Positions 1 to 10,198 of a stretch of 64,000 bases of DNA are shown piece after piece. The DNA is from an uncultured cyanobacterium (GTDB taxonomy: Bacteria > Cyanobacteriota > Cyanobacteriia > PCC-9006 > JAAUQQ01). The notes beneath the pieces are model-generated. The model did no database searches, was not told the origin of the DNA, and saw only the letters and a program-made list of their open reading frames with translations. How positions within the stretch are numbered: the stretch's first letter is position 1; every line of letters starts with the position of its first letter. The stretch is from positions 5,472,001-5,536,000 of the forward strand of contig OY970368.1 in NCBI GenBank assembly GCA_963718615.1, in the 5' to 3' direction. The position numbers and the translations under genes are program-made.

Positions 1-1297
1 CGAGCGTCGGTATCTTCACTGATTTCAGCCCTTCTGCCCCAAAAACGCTACCCGTCACCGGATTAATCGCCATCACCGCTTTGACGCGGGGGTCTTGTAG
101 CTGTTCCTGCCCCGTGGCCACGATGGGGACACGACATTGCAGCGCCAAGGATACATCCCAACTCCTGTCAAGGTTGGCACAATCCCGCTGGAGTTTTTCG
201 AGGTTGATGCGTGCCCCCCCCAGGGCTAGGGCTGTGTAGCCACCGAAGGACTGACCCACCACGCCCACATTATTGAGGTCGAGATTGGATTTTAGGGCTG
301 GATTTTCCCCCAGGGCATTGAGGAGATAGGTAATATCCAGCGGGCGATTGATAAATTCCTTGGGCTCCGACACTTCCGTTGACCGCCCTTTGAGCAGGGC
401 ATCGATCTGGGCCGCATTACTACCGGGGTGCTCTGGGACCGCGACGGCAAAGCCATAGGAGGCCAAGTGCTGGGCTAGATAGACAAAAGACGTGCGATCG
501 GATCCCAATCCATGGGAAATGACGACCACCGGGAAACGAGTATTGCCATCGACCGTTTGGGGACGATAGAGATCGACCGGAAAGCGGCGATCGCGACTGG
601 GATCCTGCAACTCCAAGGACTGCACCGTCCAGGTATAGGGTCCCAGTAGACGCAAATCCGGCTGCAAGTTCCAGTCGATGGGAGGTGCGGCGGCAGCTTC
701 TACTTGGGCCTGTTTTTGAACCGCTGCGATCGCCGCCTGACTCTGTTCGACCAAGCCCCCCAATTCGCGGGAAATCTCCAAACTGCGGCCCAGACTAATC
801 CGAATCCCCGGTGTGGGAAATTTTTTCAGGACATTCAGCAAGGTCACCCCCTCGGGATCCGCTGCCGCCAGAATTAGCGCCGCCCGAATGCCGTAGAACC
901 CTGGCTGCTGGGCCTCCGACTGAATCACCTGTCCGAGACGATTGAGCAGGACTTCTCCCTGGGGTGAATAGAGAAATTGGGCAATGGGGATGACGCCAAG
1001 GTCCGCTTTGGCCTTCAGGGCTGCCCGCACGGCCTCTCGCTGTTCTACCGGCACAAACCGCAGAAAATCGTAGAGGTCAGGTGCAATTTCACCCGTTTCG
1101 GCATAGTTTTCTAGGGACGAGACCTGAATTGAGTCGCTTAAAATCCCCAGGTTGACAATGATTCGCTCCGCACTTAAGGCAGGGGTTGCCGGCAACAGCC
1201 CTAGGCCACTCAGCCAGACTCCGAATAACCACCGCTGCCAGACGATTTTTGAGCTTGCGATCGCCTCTCCCCACTGAGCCACTTGCCATCGCCCCAT
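1..1297 (-). CDS. DUF1400 plus alpha/beta hydrolase (3' end runs off the window)
   Basis: Manual translation: MGRWQVAQW...PALSAERIIVNLGILSDSIQVSSLENYAETG (DUF1400-like); SHGLGS and VGQSFGGY (GxSxG nucleophile). Alternative in-frame ATG at 1315. Confidence 0.85.
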   Translation of the reverse strand, partial: MGRWQVAQWGEAIASSKIVWQRWLFGVWLSGLGLLPATPALSAERIIVNLGILSDSIQVSSLENYAETGEIAPDLYDFLRFVPVEQREAVRAALKAKADLGVIPIAQFLYSPQGEVLLNRLGQVIQSEAQQPGFYGIRAALILAAADPEGVTLLNVLKKFPTPGIRISLGRSLEISRELGGLVEQSQAAIAAVQKQAQVEAAAAPPIDWNLQPDLRLLGPYTWTVQSLELQDPSRDRRFPVDLYRPQTVDGNTRFPVVVISHGLGSDRTSFVYLAQHLASYGFAVAVPEHPGSNAAQIDALLKGRSTEVSEPKEFINRPLDITYLLNALGENPALKSNLDLNNVGVVGQSFGGYTALALGGARINLEKLQRDCANLDRSWDVSLALQCRVPIVATGQEQLQDPRVKAVMAINPVTGSVFGAEGLKSVKIPTL

Positions 1298-1448
1298 TAA
1301 AGTTAAATCAACCATAAATCAGCTATTTTGATGACCCAGCATTGCCTCTCCCCACGATAGCGTGATTGACTCGGAACGCGAATTGGATCAAATCATTCTT
1401 TGCATAGGGTTGATACTTTCCTTGGCTTTGGTGAGCACCCTTGCCAAT

Positions 1449-1469
1449 TTTGGTGAAAATCACTATAAA
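1449..1469. promoter_or_regulatory. Candidate NrtR operator
   Basis: Imperfect palindrome tttgGTGAaaaTCACtataaa with the GT-N7-AC core typical of NrtR sites, ~50 bp upstream of pncB in an operon containing nrtR. Confidence 0.7.
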
Positions 1470-1518
1470 TAGATCAAGCGGTACCGCACCACTCCTTATC
1501 GCTCTGGATTGCAGAGCC

Positions 1519-2937
1519 ATGCCCATGCTGAGCGCCTTACAGTCCAAGCCTTCGGCCCATTTGGCCGTTGCCTCCGACGATGTTGGACTTCTCACGGACC
1601 TCTATCAACTGACCATGGCGGCTTGCTATGTGGGCGAGGGATTGAGCGATCGCCCCGCCAGTTTTGAGCTTTTCACCCGCCGCCTGCCCGAGGGATTTAG
1701 CTATTTGATCGCCATGGGACTAGAACAGGTCCTGGCCTATCTGGAGAGTTTTCGGTTCACTGCCGACCAAATCGCGGCGCTGCAAGCCACGGGTTTGTTT
1801 AACCATGCCCCCGATGGCTTCTGGGATCTCCTGGCCCACGGCCAATTCACTGGAGACCTTTGGGCCGTCCCCGAAGGTACAGCGGTCTTTGCCCATGAGC
1901 CCTGGCTGCGGGTGGAAGCGCCCCTCTGGCAAGCGCAAATTGTGGAGACCTATCTGCTCAATACGATTAATTATCAAACCTTGATTGCAACTCGGGCGGC
2001 GCGGCTGCGGGATATTGCAGGACCCGAAACGCAGCTCTTGGAATTTGGCACCCGTCGCGCCTTTAGTCCTCAAGGCTCCGTCTGGGCCGCTCGGGCGGCG
2101 ATCGCCGGGGGACTCAACGCCACGTCCAATGTGTTTGCGGCGCTACAGTTGGGCCAACAACCCAGCGGGACCATGGCCCATGCCCTCGTCATGGCGCTAG
2201 CGGCCCTCGAAGGCACCGAGGATCAGGCCTTTCAAGCCTTTCATCGCTATTTTCCCGGAGCGGCACTGTTGATCGATACCTACGACACCGTCGCTGCGGC
2301 CCAGCGGTTATCCGAGGCGATCGCCCAAGGGGCAGAAATTCCGGCAGTTCGACTGGATTCGGGGAATTTGCTAGAGCTCTCGCGGATGGTGCGATCGCGA
2401 CTCCCCCAAACGAAAATCTTTGCCAGCGGGGATTTGGATGAAGGGGCGATCGCCCAACTCAAGGCCCATAATGCACCCATTGATGGCTACGGCCTCGGTA
2501 CCAAATTGGTCACAGGCCAGCCGGTGAATGGGGTATACAAACTGGTAGAAATTGATGGTATTCCCGTGATGAAAGGCTCGACGGGCAAACAGACCTACCC
2601 AGGCCGTAAGCAGATTTTTCGCACCTTTGAAAGCGGTCAGTGGCGGAAAGATTGTTTAGGGTTAATGGCAGAGACGGATACACAAATTCAAACGGGGGCA
2701 CAACCCCTATTGCAACCCGTGATGCAAGGGGGACAGCGGTTGCAGGAGCCGGAAACCGTCGCGGCGATCGCCCAGCGAACAGCCCAATCCGTGGAGAGTT
2801 TACCGCGATCGCTGCGAGATCTCCAAGCGGCTGTACTCGATCCGGTTAGCTTATCTGCGGCCCTAGAATCCTTGACCCTTGCAACCCAAGCCAACCTCCA
2901 AATACAAATTGGATCAACGCAAATTGGATCAACGTAG
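1519..2937 (+). CDS. pncB: Nicotinate phosphoribosyltransferase
   Basis: LLTDLYQLTM, EFGTRRA, GTMAHA, LIDTYD, VRLDSG and VYKLVE motifs; ATG 1519 preferred over TTG 1441. Confidence 0.93.
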   Translation: MPMLSALQSKPSAHLAVASDDVGLLTDLYQLTMAACYVGEGLSDRPASFELFTRRLPEGFSYLIAMGLEQVLAYLESFRFTADQIAALQATGLFNHAPDGFWDLLAHGQFTGDLWAVPEGTAVFAHEPWLRVEAPLWQAQIVETYLLNTINYQTLIATRAARLRDIAGPETQLLEFGTRRAFSPQGSVWAARAAIAGGLNATSNVFAALQLGQQPSGTMAHALVMALAALEGTEDQAFQAFHRYFPGAALLIDTYDTVAAAQRLSEAIAQGAEIPAVRLDSGNLLELSRMVRSRLPQTKIFASGDLDEGAIAQLKAHNAPIDGYGLGTKLVTGQPVNGVYKLVEIDGIPVMKGSTGKQTYPGRKQIFRTFESGQWRKDCLGLMAETDTQIQTGAQPLLQPVMQGGQRLQEPETVAAIAQRTAQSVESLPRSLRDLQAAVLDPVSLSAALESLTLATQANLQIQIGSTQIGST

Positions 2938-2965
2938 GTTGGGTAGAACGCAGTGAAACCCAACA
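2934..2965. repeat. REP-like palindromic repeat, family A
   Basis: gtagGTTGGGTagaacgcagtgaAACCCAACa; related copies at 15640-15706 and 31857-31976. Confidence 0.75.
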
Positions 2966-3045
2966 CCCCCAAGCTTTTCCCCCATTCTCCTTGACCCCGT
3001 TTTTCTTGACCCTGTTTTTCGTTACCTCATTATCCACCCGAATTC

Positions 3046-3690
3046 ATGCATATCGCTCTCTTTGGCACCAGCGCAGACCCACCCACCCTCGGCCATCGCC
3101 GCATTTTGGCTTGGTTGACCCAGCACTATGACTGGGTGGCGGTTTGGGCATCGGATAATCCCTTTAAGGCCCATCAGGTGGATTTGGAACACCGCAGCAC
3201 CATGTTGCGATTGCTCCTCGCCGACCTGCCCCTCGCCGACCTGCCGAACTGCCCCCAAAACATTGCCCTCTATCCAGAATTGAGCCATCCGCGATCGCTG
3301 ATCACCGTCCAGCGTGCCCGTGCCCATTGGCCCGAGGCGGAATTTACCCTGGTGATTGGGTCGGATTTGGTCGAACAGATTGGCCAGTGGTACAAAGCGG
3401 AGGAGTTGCTGCAACAGGTACAGTTACTGGTGTTTCCCCGACCGGGGTTTCGGCTGGAGGATCGGCAACTCAAGGTCTTGGGCGATCGCGGTGCCCGAAT
3501 TCGGGTCGCACCGATTATGGGTCTCGATGTCTCCTCCACGGCCTATCGCCAACGCCATCACCTTGGCGAAGCGACCGACCTCGAATCCTGCTGGTCCTCC
3601 GATCAGCTCCTGAGCCCTTCCGTGCAAGACTATATTCAACGAGAGAAGCTTTATCCATGTCCGGACGTACTGCTCGAAAAAACCTGCTAA
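3046..3690 (+). CDS. nadD: Nicotinate-nucleotide adenylyltransferase
   Basis: ALFGTSADPPTLGH, NPFK, VIGSD and VSSTAYR motifs; operon context. Confidence 0.93.
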   Translation: MHIALFGTSADPPTLGHRRILAWLTQHYDWVAVWASDNPFKAHQVDLEHRSTMLRLLLADLPLADLPNCPQNIALYPELSHPRSLITVQRARAHWPEAEFTLVIGSDLVEQIGQWYKAEELLQQVQLLVFPRPGFRLEDRQLKVLGDRGARIRVAPIMGLDVSSTAYRQRHHLGEATDLESCWSSDQLLSPSVQDYIQREKLYPCPDVLLEKTC

Positions 3691-4448
3691 AGCCGGACGC
3701 CAAAGCGACGGGGCCTGCTTCCTGCAAGACTTCCGTCCCAAGCAGTACCCCCTTAGCTGATTTTAAAGTAGGGGTCGATAACGTCATCTTCTCCGTGGAT
3801 TTGGTGCAAAATCGACTGCTGGCGCTGTTAGTTTTGCGCAACGAAGCCCCGTTCCAGGACCAGTGGAGTTTGCCGGGGACATTGGTGCGTCAGGGCGAGA
3901 CGCTGGAGGATGCGGCCTATCGAGTCTTGGCGGAAAAAATTCGGGTGGAAAACTTGTATCTGGAGCAACTGTACACCTTTGGCGGGCCAAATCGGGATCC
4001 GAGGGAAGCAAAAACGAGTTATGGCGATCGCTACCTTTCCGTCAGCTACTTCGCCCTCGTAGGCTACGACGAAGCGGAGCTAATCGCCGATGGCGTCAGC
4101 GGCATTGCCTGGTATCCGTTGGAGCAGGTACCGGAACTGGCCTTTGACCATAATCAAATTTTGCAATACGGCTATTGTCGTCTGCGCAACAAGTTGGAAT
4201 ATAGCCCGATCGCCTTTGAGGTTTTACCCGAACTCTTTACACTGAATGATTTGTATCAGCTTTACACCACGGTTTTGGGGGAGAACTTTTCCGATTATTC
4301 CAATTTTCGGACAAGGCTATTAAAGCTAGGGTTTCTAGCAGATACGGGGGTGAAAGCTTCGCGGGGAGCGGGTCGTCCGGCTTCGCTCTATCGGTTTGAT
4401 GCGGAGGCGTTCGCGCCCTTGAAGGATAAGCCTTTAGTCTTTATTTAA
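3657..4448 (+). CDS. nrtR: NrtR regulator (Nudix plus winged HTH)
   Basis: VGVDNVIF, WSLPG...ETLEDAAYRVL, LEQLYTFG...RDPR, LAFDH, NFRTRLL, GRPASLYRF; start at ATG 3657. Confidence 0.9.
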   Translation: MSGRTARKNLLKPDAKATGPASCKTSVPSSTPLADFKVGVDNVIFSVDLVQNRLLALLVLRNEAPFQDQWSLPGTLVRQGETLEDAAYRVLAEKIRVENLYLEQLYTFGGPNRDPREAKTSYGDRYLSVSYFALVGYDEAELIADGVSGIAWYPLEQVPELAFDHNQILQYGYCRLRNKLEYSPIAFEVLPELFTLNDLYQLYTTVLGENFSDYSNFRTRLLKLGFLADTGVKASRGAGRPASLYRFDAEAFAPLKDKPLVFI

Positions 4449-6211
4449 TGAGGGTTCCCATGGAATTGGGTATGAAATTAGGCATGAAACTGGGATTGGC
4501 ACAACTGAATCCGATCATTGGGGATTTACAGGGCAATGCAGCGCAAATTTTGGCAGCGGCACGGGAAGCCGTGGAGCAAGGCTGTCAGGTTTTGCTGACA
4601 CCAGAGCTGTCGCTCTGTGGCTATCCGCCTCGGGATTTGTTGCTGCAACCTCGATTCGTGGCTCAAATGGGCGAAGTGCTAGACCAACTAGCTCAGGATC
4701 TGCCCCCAGCGCTTTGGGTCTTGGTAGGGACAGTGGTGGAGAATGGGCGATCGCCCCAAATCGGCGGCAAACCGCTCTTCAACGCCATGGCCTTGATTCA
4801 CCAAGGCCAAATCCAGCAAATCTTCCACAAACGTCTCCTCCCCACCTACGATGTTTTCGATGAACACCGCTACTTCGAGCCCGGTTTACAAAGCAACCTG
4901 TTCACCCTTCCAACCCCAGATTCTGCCCAGGCAATCCGCATTGGCGTCACCATCTGCGAAGACCTCTGGAACGACGAAGAATTTTGGGGCAAACGCAGCT
5001 ACCGCGACAACCCCATTGCGGATCTAGCCGAGCAGGGCGTAGACCTCGTCGTTAACCTTTCCGCCTCTCCCTACAGCCTCGGCAAACAGCGCCTGCGGGA
5101 AGAGATGCTCAGCCACCTAGCCCAGCGCTATAACCTGCCGATTTTCTACGTCAACCCAGTTGGGGGCAACGACGATCTAATCTTCGATGGCGGCAGTTTC
5201 GGTGTCAACAATCAAGGCCAAGTGATCTGCCGTGCCCCTAGCTTCATCAGCCACTTGGCGATCGCCGAATTTCCCCCTGAGGCTTCAACCTCCATCCCTC
5301 CATCTTCATTCTCCCTCTCCGAACCCGCCGAACTTTGGCAAGCCCTCGTCCTCGGTGTCCGCGACTATGCCCGCAAATGTGGCTTTTCCCGAGCAATCCT
5401 GGGGTTAAGCGGCGGTATTGACTCGGCCTTGGTGGCGGCGATCGCCAGCGCCGCCCTCGGCCCCGAAAATGTCTTGGGCATCCTCATGCCCTCGCCCTAT
5501 AGCTCTGACCATTCCATTAGTGATGCGATCGCCCTCGCCCAAAATCTTGGTATCACCACCGAAAAGTTGCCCATCGAACCGATAATGGCAGCCTTTGACC
5601 AGAGCCTCGACCCTCTGTTTGCAGACACAGCGTTTGGCGTTGCGGAAGAGAACTTGCAATCGCGAATTCGTGGCACGCTGCTCATGGCGGTGGCGAATAA
5701 GTTTGGCTATTTACTGATTAGTACCGGCAACAAATCGGAAATGGCGGTGGGCTATTGTACGTTGTATGGGGATATGAATGGGGGGTTGGCGGCGATCGCC
5801 GATGTTCCCAAAACAAAAGTCTATGACCTCTGCCGCTGGCTCAATCAGGCGGTTCAAGACCCAACACAACAGTCTGTCCTACAACTTAATATTTCCAGTA
5901 CTGAAATCATCCCCAGCAATATCATCACGAAAGCCCCCAGTGCGGAGCTAAAACCGGGGCAGGTGGATCAGGATTCCTTGCCGCCCTATGAGGTGTTGGA
6001 TGAGATTCTCGATCGCTTGATCTGTCGGCATCAATCAGCGGCGGAGATCAAGGCTGCGGGGTTTGATGGGGCGGTTGTGGAGCGGGTGATGGGTCTGGTG
6101 AATCGGGCTGAGTTTAAGCGCAAGCAGGCTCCTCCAGGGTTGAAGGTAACCGATCGAGCGTTTGGGACAGGGTGGCGGATGCCGATCGCGAAGCGATGGT
6201 CTGGAAATTAG
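4448..6211 (+). CDS. nadE: Glutamine-dependent NAD+ synthetase
   Basis: Nitrilase domain (PEL, K...LPTYDVFDE, ICEDLW) plus GLSGGIDS, ENLQSRIRG, TGNKSE and KAPSAELKPGQ; exact start uncertain (several nearby Met). Confidence 0.95.
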   Translation: MRVPMELGMKLGMKLGLAQLNPIIGDLQGNAAQILAAAREAVEQGCQVLLTPELSLCGYPPRDLLLQPRFVAQMGEVLDQLAQDLPPALWVLVGTVVENGRSPQIGGKPLFNAMALIHQGQIQQIFHKRLLPTYDVFDEHRYFEPGLQSNLFTLPTPDSAQAIRIGVTICEDLWNDEEFWGKRSYRDNPIADLAEQGVDLVVNLSASPYSLGKQRLREEMLSHLAQRYNLPIFYVNPVGGNDDLIFDGGSFGVNNQGQVICRAPSFISHLAIAEFPPEASTSIPPSSFSLSEPAELWQALVLGVRDYARKCGFSRAILGLSGGIDSALVAAIASAALGPENVLGILMPSPYSSDHSISDAIALAQNLGITTEKLPIEPIMAAFDQSLDPLFADTAFGVAEENLQSRIRGTLLMAVANKFGYLLISTGNKSEMAVGYCTLYGDMNGGLAAIADVPKTKVYDLCRWLNQAVQDPTQQSVLQLNISSTEIIPSNIITKAPSAELKPGQVDQDSLPPYEVLDEILDRLICRHQSAAEIKAAGFDGAVVERVMGLVNRAEFKRKQAPPGLKVTDRAFGTGWRMPIAKRWSGN

Positions 6212-6310
6212 CGATTGCCCATCACCTGACAACCGCTAACGGCTGAGGCAATGCTGCTAGCCATCCGCCAAAAGCATTGCCCCAGTTCAAATCATCGATA
6301 TTCGTGAGAA

Positions 6311-6670
6311 TTACTCTTCAGTAATCGTGTAGACCCCACCCGCCAAACCACACAGATCCACATTGTAACGTTCCACTTCTGTACCATCACTGAGGACAGT
6401 CAGAAAATCATACTCACACACATCGCGGCTATCATTCACATTCACGTGAACACTTTCGTAAGGGCTCAGAGAATCACCAGCCAAAATATTATTTTCCCAA
6501 TCATCTAAACCCGAGGGAGAAGCGTAGAACTCAGCGATCGCATAGCTCGAATCATTATTCAAGACAAATCCCAAATCCTCTCCAGCAATTGTAACTTTCG
6601 CGGTGGAAATCAGGCCTAGGGCGATCGCAGTCGTTGCAGCAGTCAGGGTGAAGATTGTTTTTTTCAGCAT
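6311..6670 (-). CDS. Secreted hypothetical protein
   Basis: 119-aa ORF with signal peptide and F.L.N...AIAEFYASPS..DDWE.NIL...C.YD...VDLC pattern. Confidence 0.75.
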   Translation of the reverse strand: MLKKTIFTLTAATTAIALGLISTAKVTIAGEDLGFVLNNDSSYAIAEFYASPSGLDDWENNILAGDSLSPYESVHVNVNDSRDVCEYDFLTVLSDGTEVERYNVDLCGLAGGVYTITEE

Positions 6671-6868
6671 AGATGAAGAGATAGTATTTGGTGAGAAGCA
6701 GCAAGCCCTATGGCCATGATTAAGACTACATTTCTCTTTCTTTTCATTCCAGATAGAAGTGTTACTAAAATCGGCAATCCCATTTTTGTGAATTTCATAG
6801 CCTTAATGTTCTGGAATTTGGCATTATGGGCTTGTATGCCTCCCAAACGCCTCTAGGATCTGACCACC

Positions 6869-7825
6869 GTGGAAACCCCCGCTATCTGGACCAGCAACCT
6901 GACCAAACAGTTTGATAGCCATACCGCTGTTAGTCAGGTCAACCTCACCATTCATCCCGGCGAAGTCTACGGTCTCATTGGCCCCAATGGCGCGGGCAAA
7001 ACCACACTGCTGCGGATGTTAGCCACAGCGGAAGAACCCACCACGGGCGAGATTCAGATTTTTGGGGAACCCCTCCATCGTGACCGTGACAACCCGGCGG
7101 CCAAACGTCGACTTGGCTTTTTACCCGACGACTTTCCCCTCTACGACGACCTCAGCGTTTGGGACTATCTCGACTACTTTGCGCGGCTCTACTTTCTCAC
7201 CGAACCGCGACGGAGCCAGCGCCTCCATGAAGTCCTTGAATTGGTTCAGCTCACCGAAAAACGCGATAGCCTAATTTCCACCCTTTCTCGCGGCATGCGC
7301 CAACGGCTCAGTCTGGCCCGCACTGTCATTTACGAGCCCTCGCTGCTCCTCCTTGATGAGCCTGTTTCGGGTCTCGATCCCATTGCTCGGATCCAATTTC
7401 GCGATGCGGTGCGATCGCTCCAGATCAGCGGTATGACCATCATCATTTCCTCCCATATTCTCAGCGACCTCGACGAACTCTGCACCGCCATTGGCATCAT
7501 GCAACAGGGCCAGCTCGTGGAAAGTAGTAGCCTGACAGATCTCTATCAACGGTTGAGTGACCAACAGATTTTGATCCAAGCCCTCGAAGGAGCTGAAGCC
7601 ATTCAGCAACAGTTACAACGTTCTCCCTATGCTCAACAGATCACCGGAATTGAGCCTCTGCGGGACCAGCGGACGGTGGCGATGAAGTTTTCAGGGACCC
7701 AGGAAGAGGCGGCGGCGTTGTTGCGATCGCTCATCCAAGCCAACCTTTCCATCACCCAATTCCAACCCTCCCAAGAGGACCTTGAAAGTATCTTTTTGAA
7801 ATTGGGGTATCGGCAAACGGCCTAG
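6869..7825 (+). CDS. ABC transporter ATP-binding protein
   Basis: GPNGAGKTT, LSRGMRQR, LLLDEP, ISSH. Confidence 0.93.
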   Translation: METPAIWTSNLTKQFDSHTAVSQVNLTIHPGEVYGLIGPNGAGKTTLLRMLATAEEPTTGEIQIFGEPLHRDRDNPAAKRRLGFLPDDFPLYDDLSVWDYLDYFARLYFLTEPRRSQRLHEVLELVQLTEKRDSLISTLSRGMRQRLSLARTVIYEPSLLLLDEPVSGLDPIARIQFRDAVRSLQISGMTIIISSHILSDLDELCTAIGIMQQGQLVESSSLTDLYQRLSDQQILIQALEGAEAIQQQLQRSPYAQQITGIEPLRDQRTVAMKFSGTQEEAAALLRSLIQANLSITQFQPSQEDLESIFLKLGYRQTA

Positions 7826-7848
7826 ATCGAACGGCGGTTCGTCCCTAC
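7823..7848. repeat. REP-like palindrome, family B (degenerate)
   Basis: tagatCGAACggcgGTTCGtccctac, similar to 32151-32177. Confidence 0.55.
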
Positions 7849-7917
7849 GGAAAATTTCCTGTTTCCTGCTTCTTGCTTCCTTATCCTTTCGTTTCTATCT
7901 TTCTTTTTTACTTTACT

Positions 7918-9564
7918 ATGACCTCTTTTCTGAACGCTTTGGGCGATCGCAATCCCCAACTTCTGCGGGAACTCAAAAGCCGCCTCAAATCCCGAGGTGT
8001 CGCCACCGCACTCATACTTTCGCTGATTGCACAACTGCTTCTACTGGCTTTTTTTCGAGCGGGGTTAGAAAGTAGCCCTTGGCGCTATTGCATGGATCAA
8101 ACGGCTGATATGTATAGTTCTTGCATGGCCGATGGCAAGATCCTTTGGGACTCAATCGACTGGTCCCGCTGGTGGTTAGAGATTTTTATTGTGATGAACT
8201 GGGCTATTCCCATCCTGTTAACTGGGTTGGGGATGTATTTCCTAATTGGGGATATCCAACAGGAAGAGCAGCGGGGAACGATGAACTTTATTCGATTGAG
8301 TCCACGCCGAAGCCAGAACATTTTTCTCGGCAAGCTATTGGGTGTACCAATTTTGATTTACTTCGGTATTGCTCTAGCCATTCCGCTGCACCTCATCGCA
8401 GCCATTGGAGCGGTTTCCCCAATAGGATTTGTGGCGAGCTATTATGGCTTGCTATTGTTAGATACGCTGTTGTTTTTTGCAGGGGCGATCGCGATCGGTA
8501 TGCTAGCCCCCAAAGCCGCAAAAGCCCAAGGTCAATCCCGATTAACAGGAGGCACAACCCTAGCGGTCCCGTTACTTTCGGTCTTAACCCTATTGCCTCA
8601 ACATCTGTTCATGCGGCGGTACACGGTGTGGCATCCCTATCGTAAATATATGTATGGCAGCACTTGGAACGATGATACATGGCAATGGTTTGGTTTGGCA
8701 TTAGGTAAAAGTCCCCTTGCAGCCCATGGTGTTCAATTCCTCGCAATTGGATTGCTGGGGTTTTGGATTTGGCAAATGCTGCATCGTGCCTATCAACGCC
8801 CGAGTGCGACACCCCTTAGCAAGCTAGATTGCTATGGTATTGCCCTATCATTAACACTGTTTTTATTAGGCTTTTTCTCACCTCTAAAAACATTGAGTTA
8901 TGAAACCGCAGGTCTAGGATTTCTGCTATTGATCTTACAAATGTGGTTGCTTTTTATTCTATTCTTGTGGATGCTGTTGCCCAGTCGACAAACGTTGTTG
9001 GACTGGCTTCACACCCGCCGGATGCAGCAACCGAATCAGCGATCGCCCCTTTTTCTAGAATGGTTAGTAGGAGAACAAAGCCCAGGAGTCCTAGCCCTTG
9101 GCCTGACCCTATGCATCATGGCGGCGCTGGGGGCGATTTGGTTAGCGTTTCTCCCAACTCCAACGGAAAGCTATCAACAATCCGCAGCAAGCGTTGGTCT
9201 TTGGATTATAGTCACGATTTTAATGATGTCGATTTATGGGCTCTTGGCACAGTCGATATTGTTTCTTAAGACGCCGAAACGCATGTCTTGGGCAATGGGG
9301 TCTGTAGCCTTAGCGATGTTGCTGCCGTTGCTCTCAGGTGCGATTCTGGCGCTGGGTAATCCTAGCGCAGAGATAGCGAAGCTCTGTTTCCTCTTCTCGC
9401 CCTTGCCTTGGCCAGTGCTACTGGAAAATAGCAGCAGTGGAGCGCCGATAGAGATGATTCTTGGGGCGATCGCCACACAAGTTTTACTGATTGTAGGGCT
9501 CTCAGTTCAGTTTGTTCGACAGCTGCATTCAATAGTCGATGAGCCACCTGCCCGAAATAGCTAA
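7918..9564 (+). CDS. ABC-2 type permease
   Basis: NPQLLRELKSRL, EEQRGTMNFIRLSP, GKLLGVP, many TM segments; follows the ATPase. Confidence 0.85.
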   Translation: MTSFLNALGDRNPQLLRELKSRLKSRGVATALILSLIAQLLLLAFFRAGLESSPWRYCMDQTADMYSSCMADGKILWDSIDWSRWWLEIFIVMNWAIPILLTGLGMYFLIGDIQQEEQRGTMNFIRLSPRRSQNIFLGKLLGVPILIYFGIALAIPLHLIAAIGAVSPIGFVASYYGLLLLDTLLFFAGAIAIGMLAPKAAKAQGQSRLTGGTTLAVPLLSVLTLLPQHLFMRRYTVWHPYRKYMYGSTWNDDTWQWFGLALGKSPLAAHGVQFLAIGLLGFWIWQMLHRAYQRPSATPLSKLDCYGIALSLTLFLLGFFSPLKTLSYETAGLGFLLLILQMWLLFILFLWMLLPSRQTLLDWLHTRRMQQPNQRSPLFLEWLVGEQSPGVLALGLTLCIMAALGAIWLAFLPTPTESYQQSAASVGLWIIVTILMMSIYGLLAQSILFLKTPKRMSWAMGSVALAMLLPLLSGAILALGNPSAEIAKLCFLFSPLPWPVLLENSSSGAPIEMILGAIATQVLLIVGLSVQFVRQLHSIVDEPPARNS

Positions 9565-9569
9565 CCCGA

Positions 9570-9908
9570 AGCGCAAAGCCTATCCCAGCGACCTGAGTGA
9601 CCTGGAGTGGGAAAAGATAAAGCCGTATCTACCAGGACCCAAAGGGTTTGGACAATAATGCCCCATGACCTGCCGCCCAACGGCCTACAACTACTTCCAA
9701 AAATGGCAACGCAAATTTGAGCAACTCCCTCATCGTTGGATAGTAGAACGTAGTTTCGGCTGGCTCAATCGCTATCGTCGGATGAGCAAAGACTATGAAT
9801 TGCATACAGAATTTAGTGATGGCATGATCTACGGCGCTTTTATCCGCTTGATGTTGCGTCGCTTTGACAATTCCGCATCTTAAGCTTTTCCTTATAAATT
9901 AGCTCTAA
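9570..9908 (+). mobile_element. IS5-family (IS1031-like) transposase remnant, internally deleted
   Basis: Fragments RKAYPSDLSDLEWEKIKPYLP, PHDLPP/AYNYFQKWQ and RWIVERSFGWLNRYRRMSKDYE; possible right end ttataaattagctctaa. Confidence 0.85.
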
Positions 9909-10020
9909 CGCAGTTCCTAGTATCGTGATCTTTGGGGCGATCGCTCTCCAAGTGATACTCTTACTCTTGCTGTCCGGACAGCTCATGCAGCAACTTCGTC
10001 GCGCAAAACCCATCGACTAG
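9909..10020 (+). pseudogene. Orphan 3' fragment of an ABC-permease paralog
   Basis: AVPSIVIFGAIALQVILLLLLSGQLMQQLRRAKPID* aligns with the C-terminus of 7918-9564 (APIEMILGAIATQVLLIVGLSVQFVRQL). Confidence 0.7.
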
Positions 10021-10198
10021 CGAGTGCTCATAGTAGCAACTTTATGATCTTCACTTGGGACACCTACGGTGCTCATCGGCATAGCGTACAATTGAAGCTG
10101 TCAATAAAATATTGTAGAGTTTATTTCAGCTTCTTCAGGTTTTTACGTTGAAAGATTTTAAGTTCTACCATTAGCTGAAACTAGGACGCCGACAGACC

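Noticed and set aside
3327-3656. Long N-terminal extension of NrtR
   Set aside because: Overlaps nadD out of frame; ATG 3657 gives the normal size
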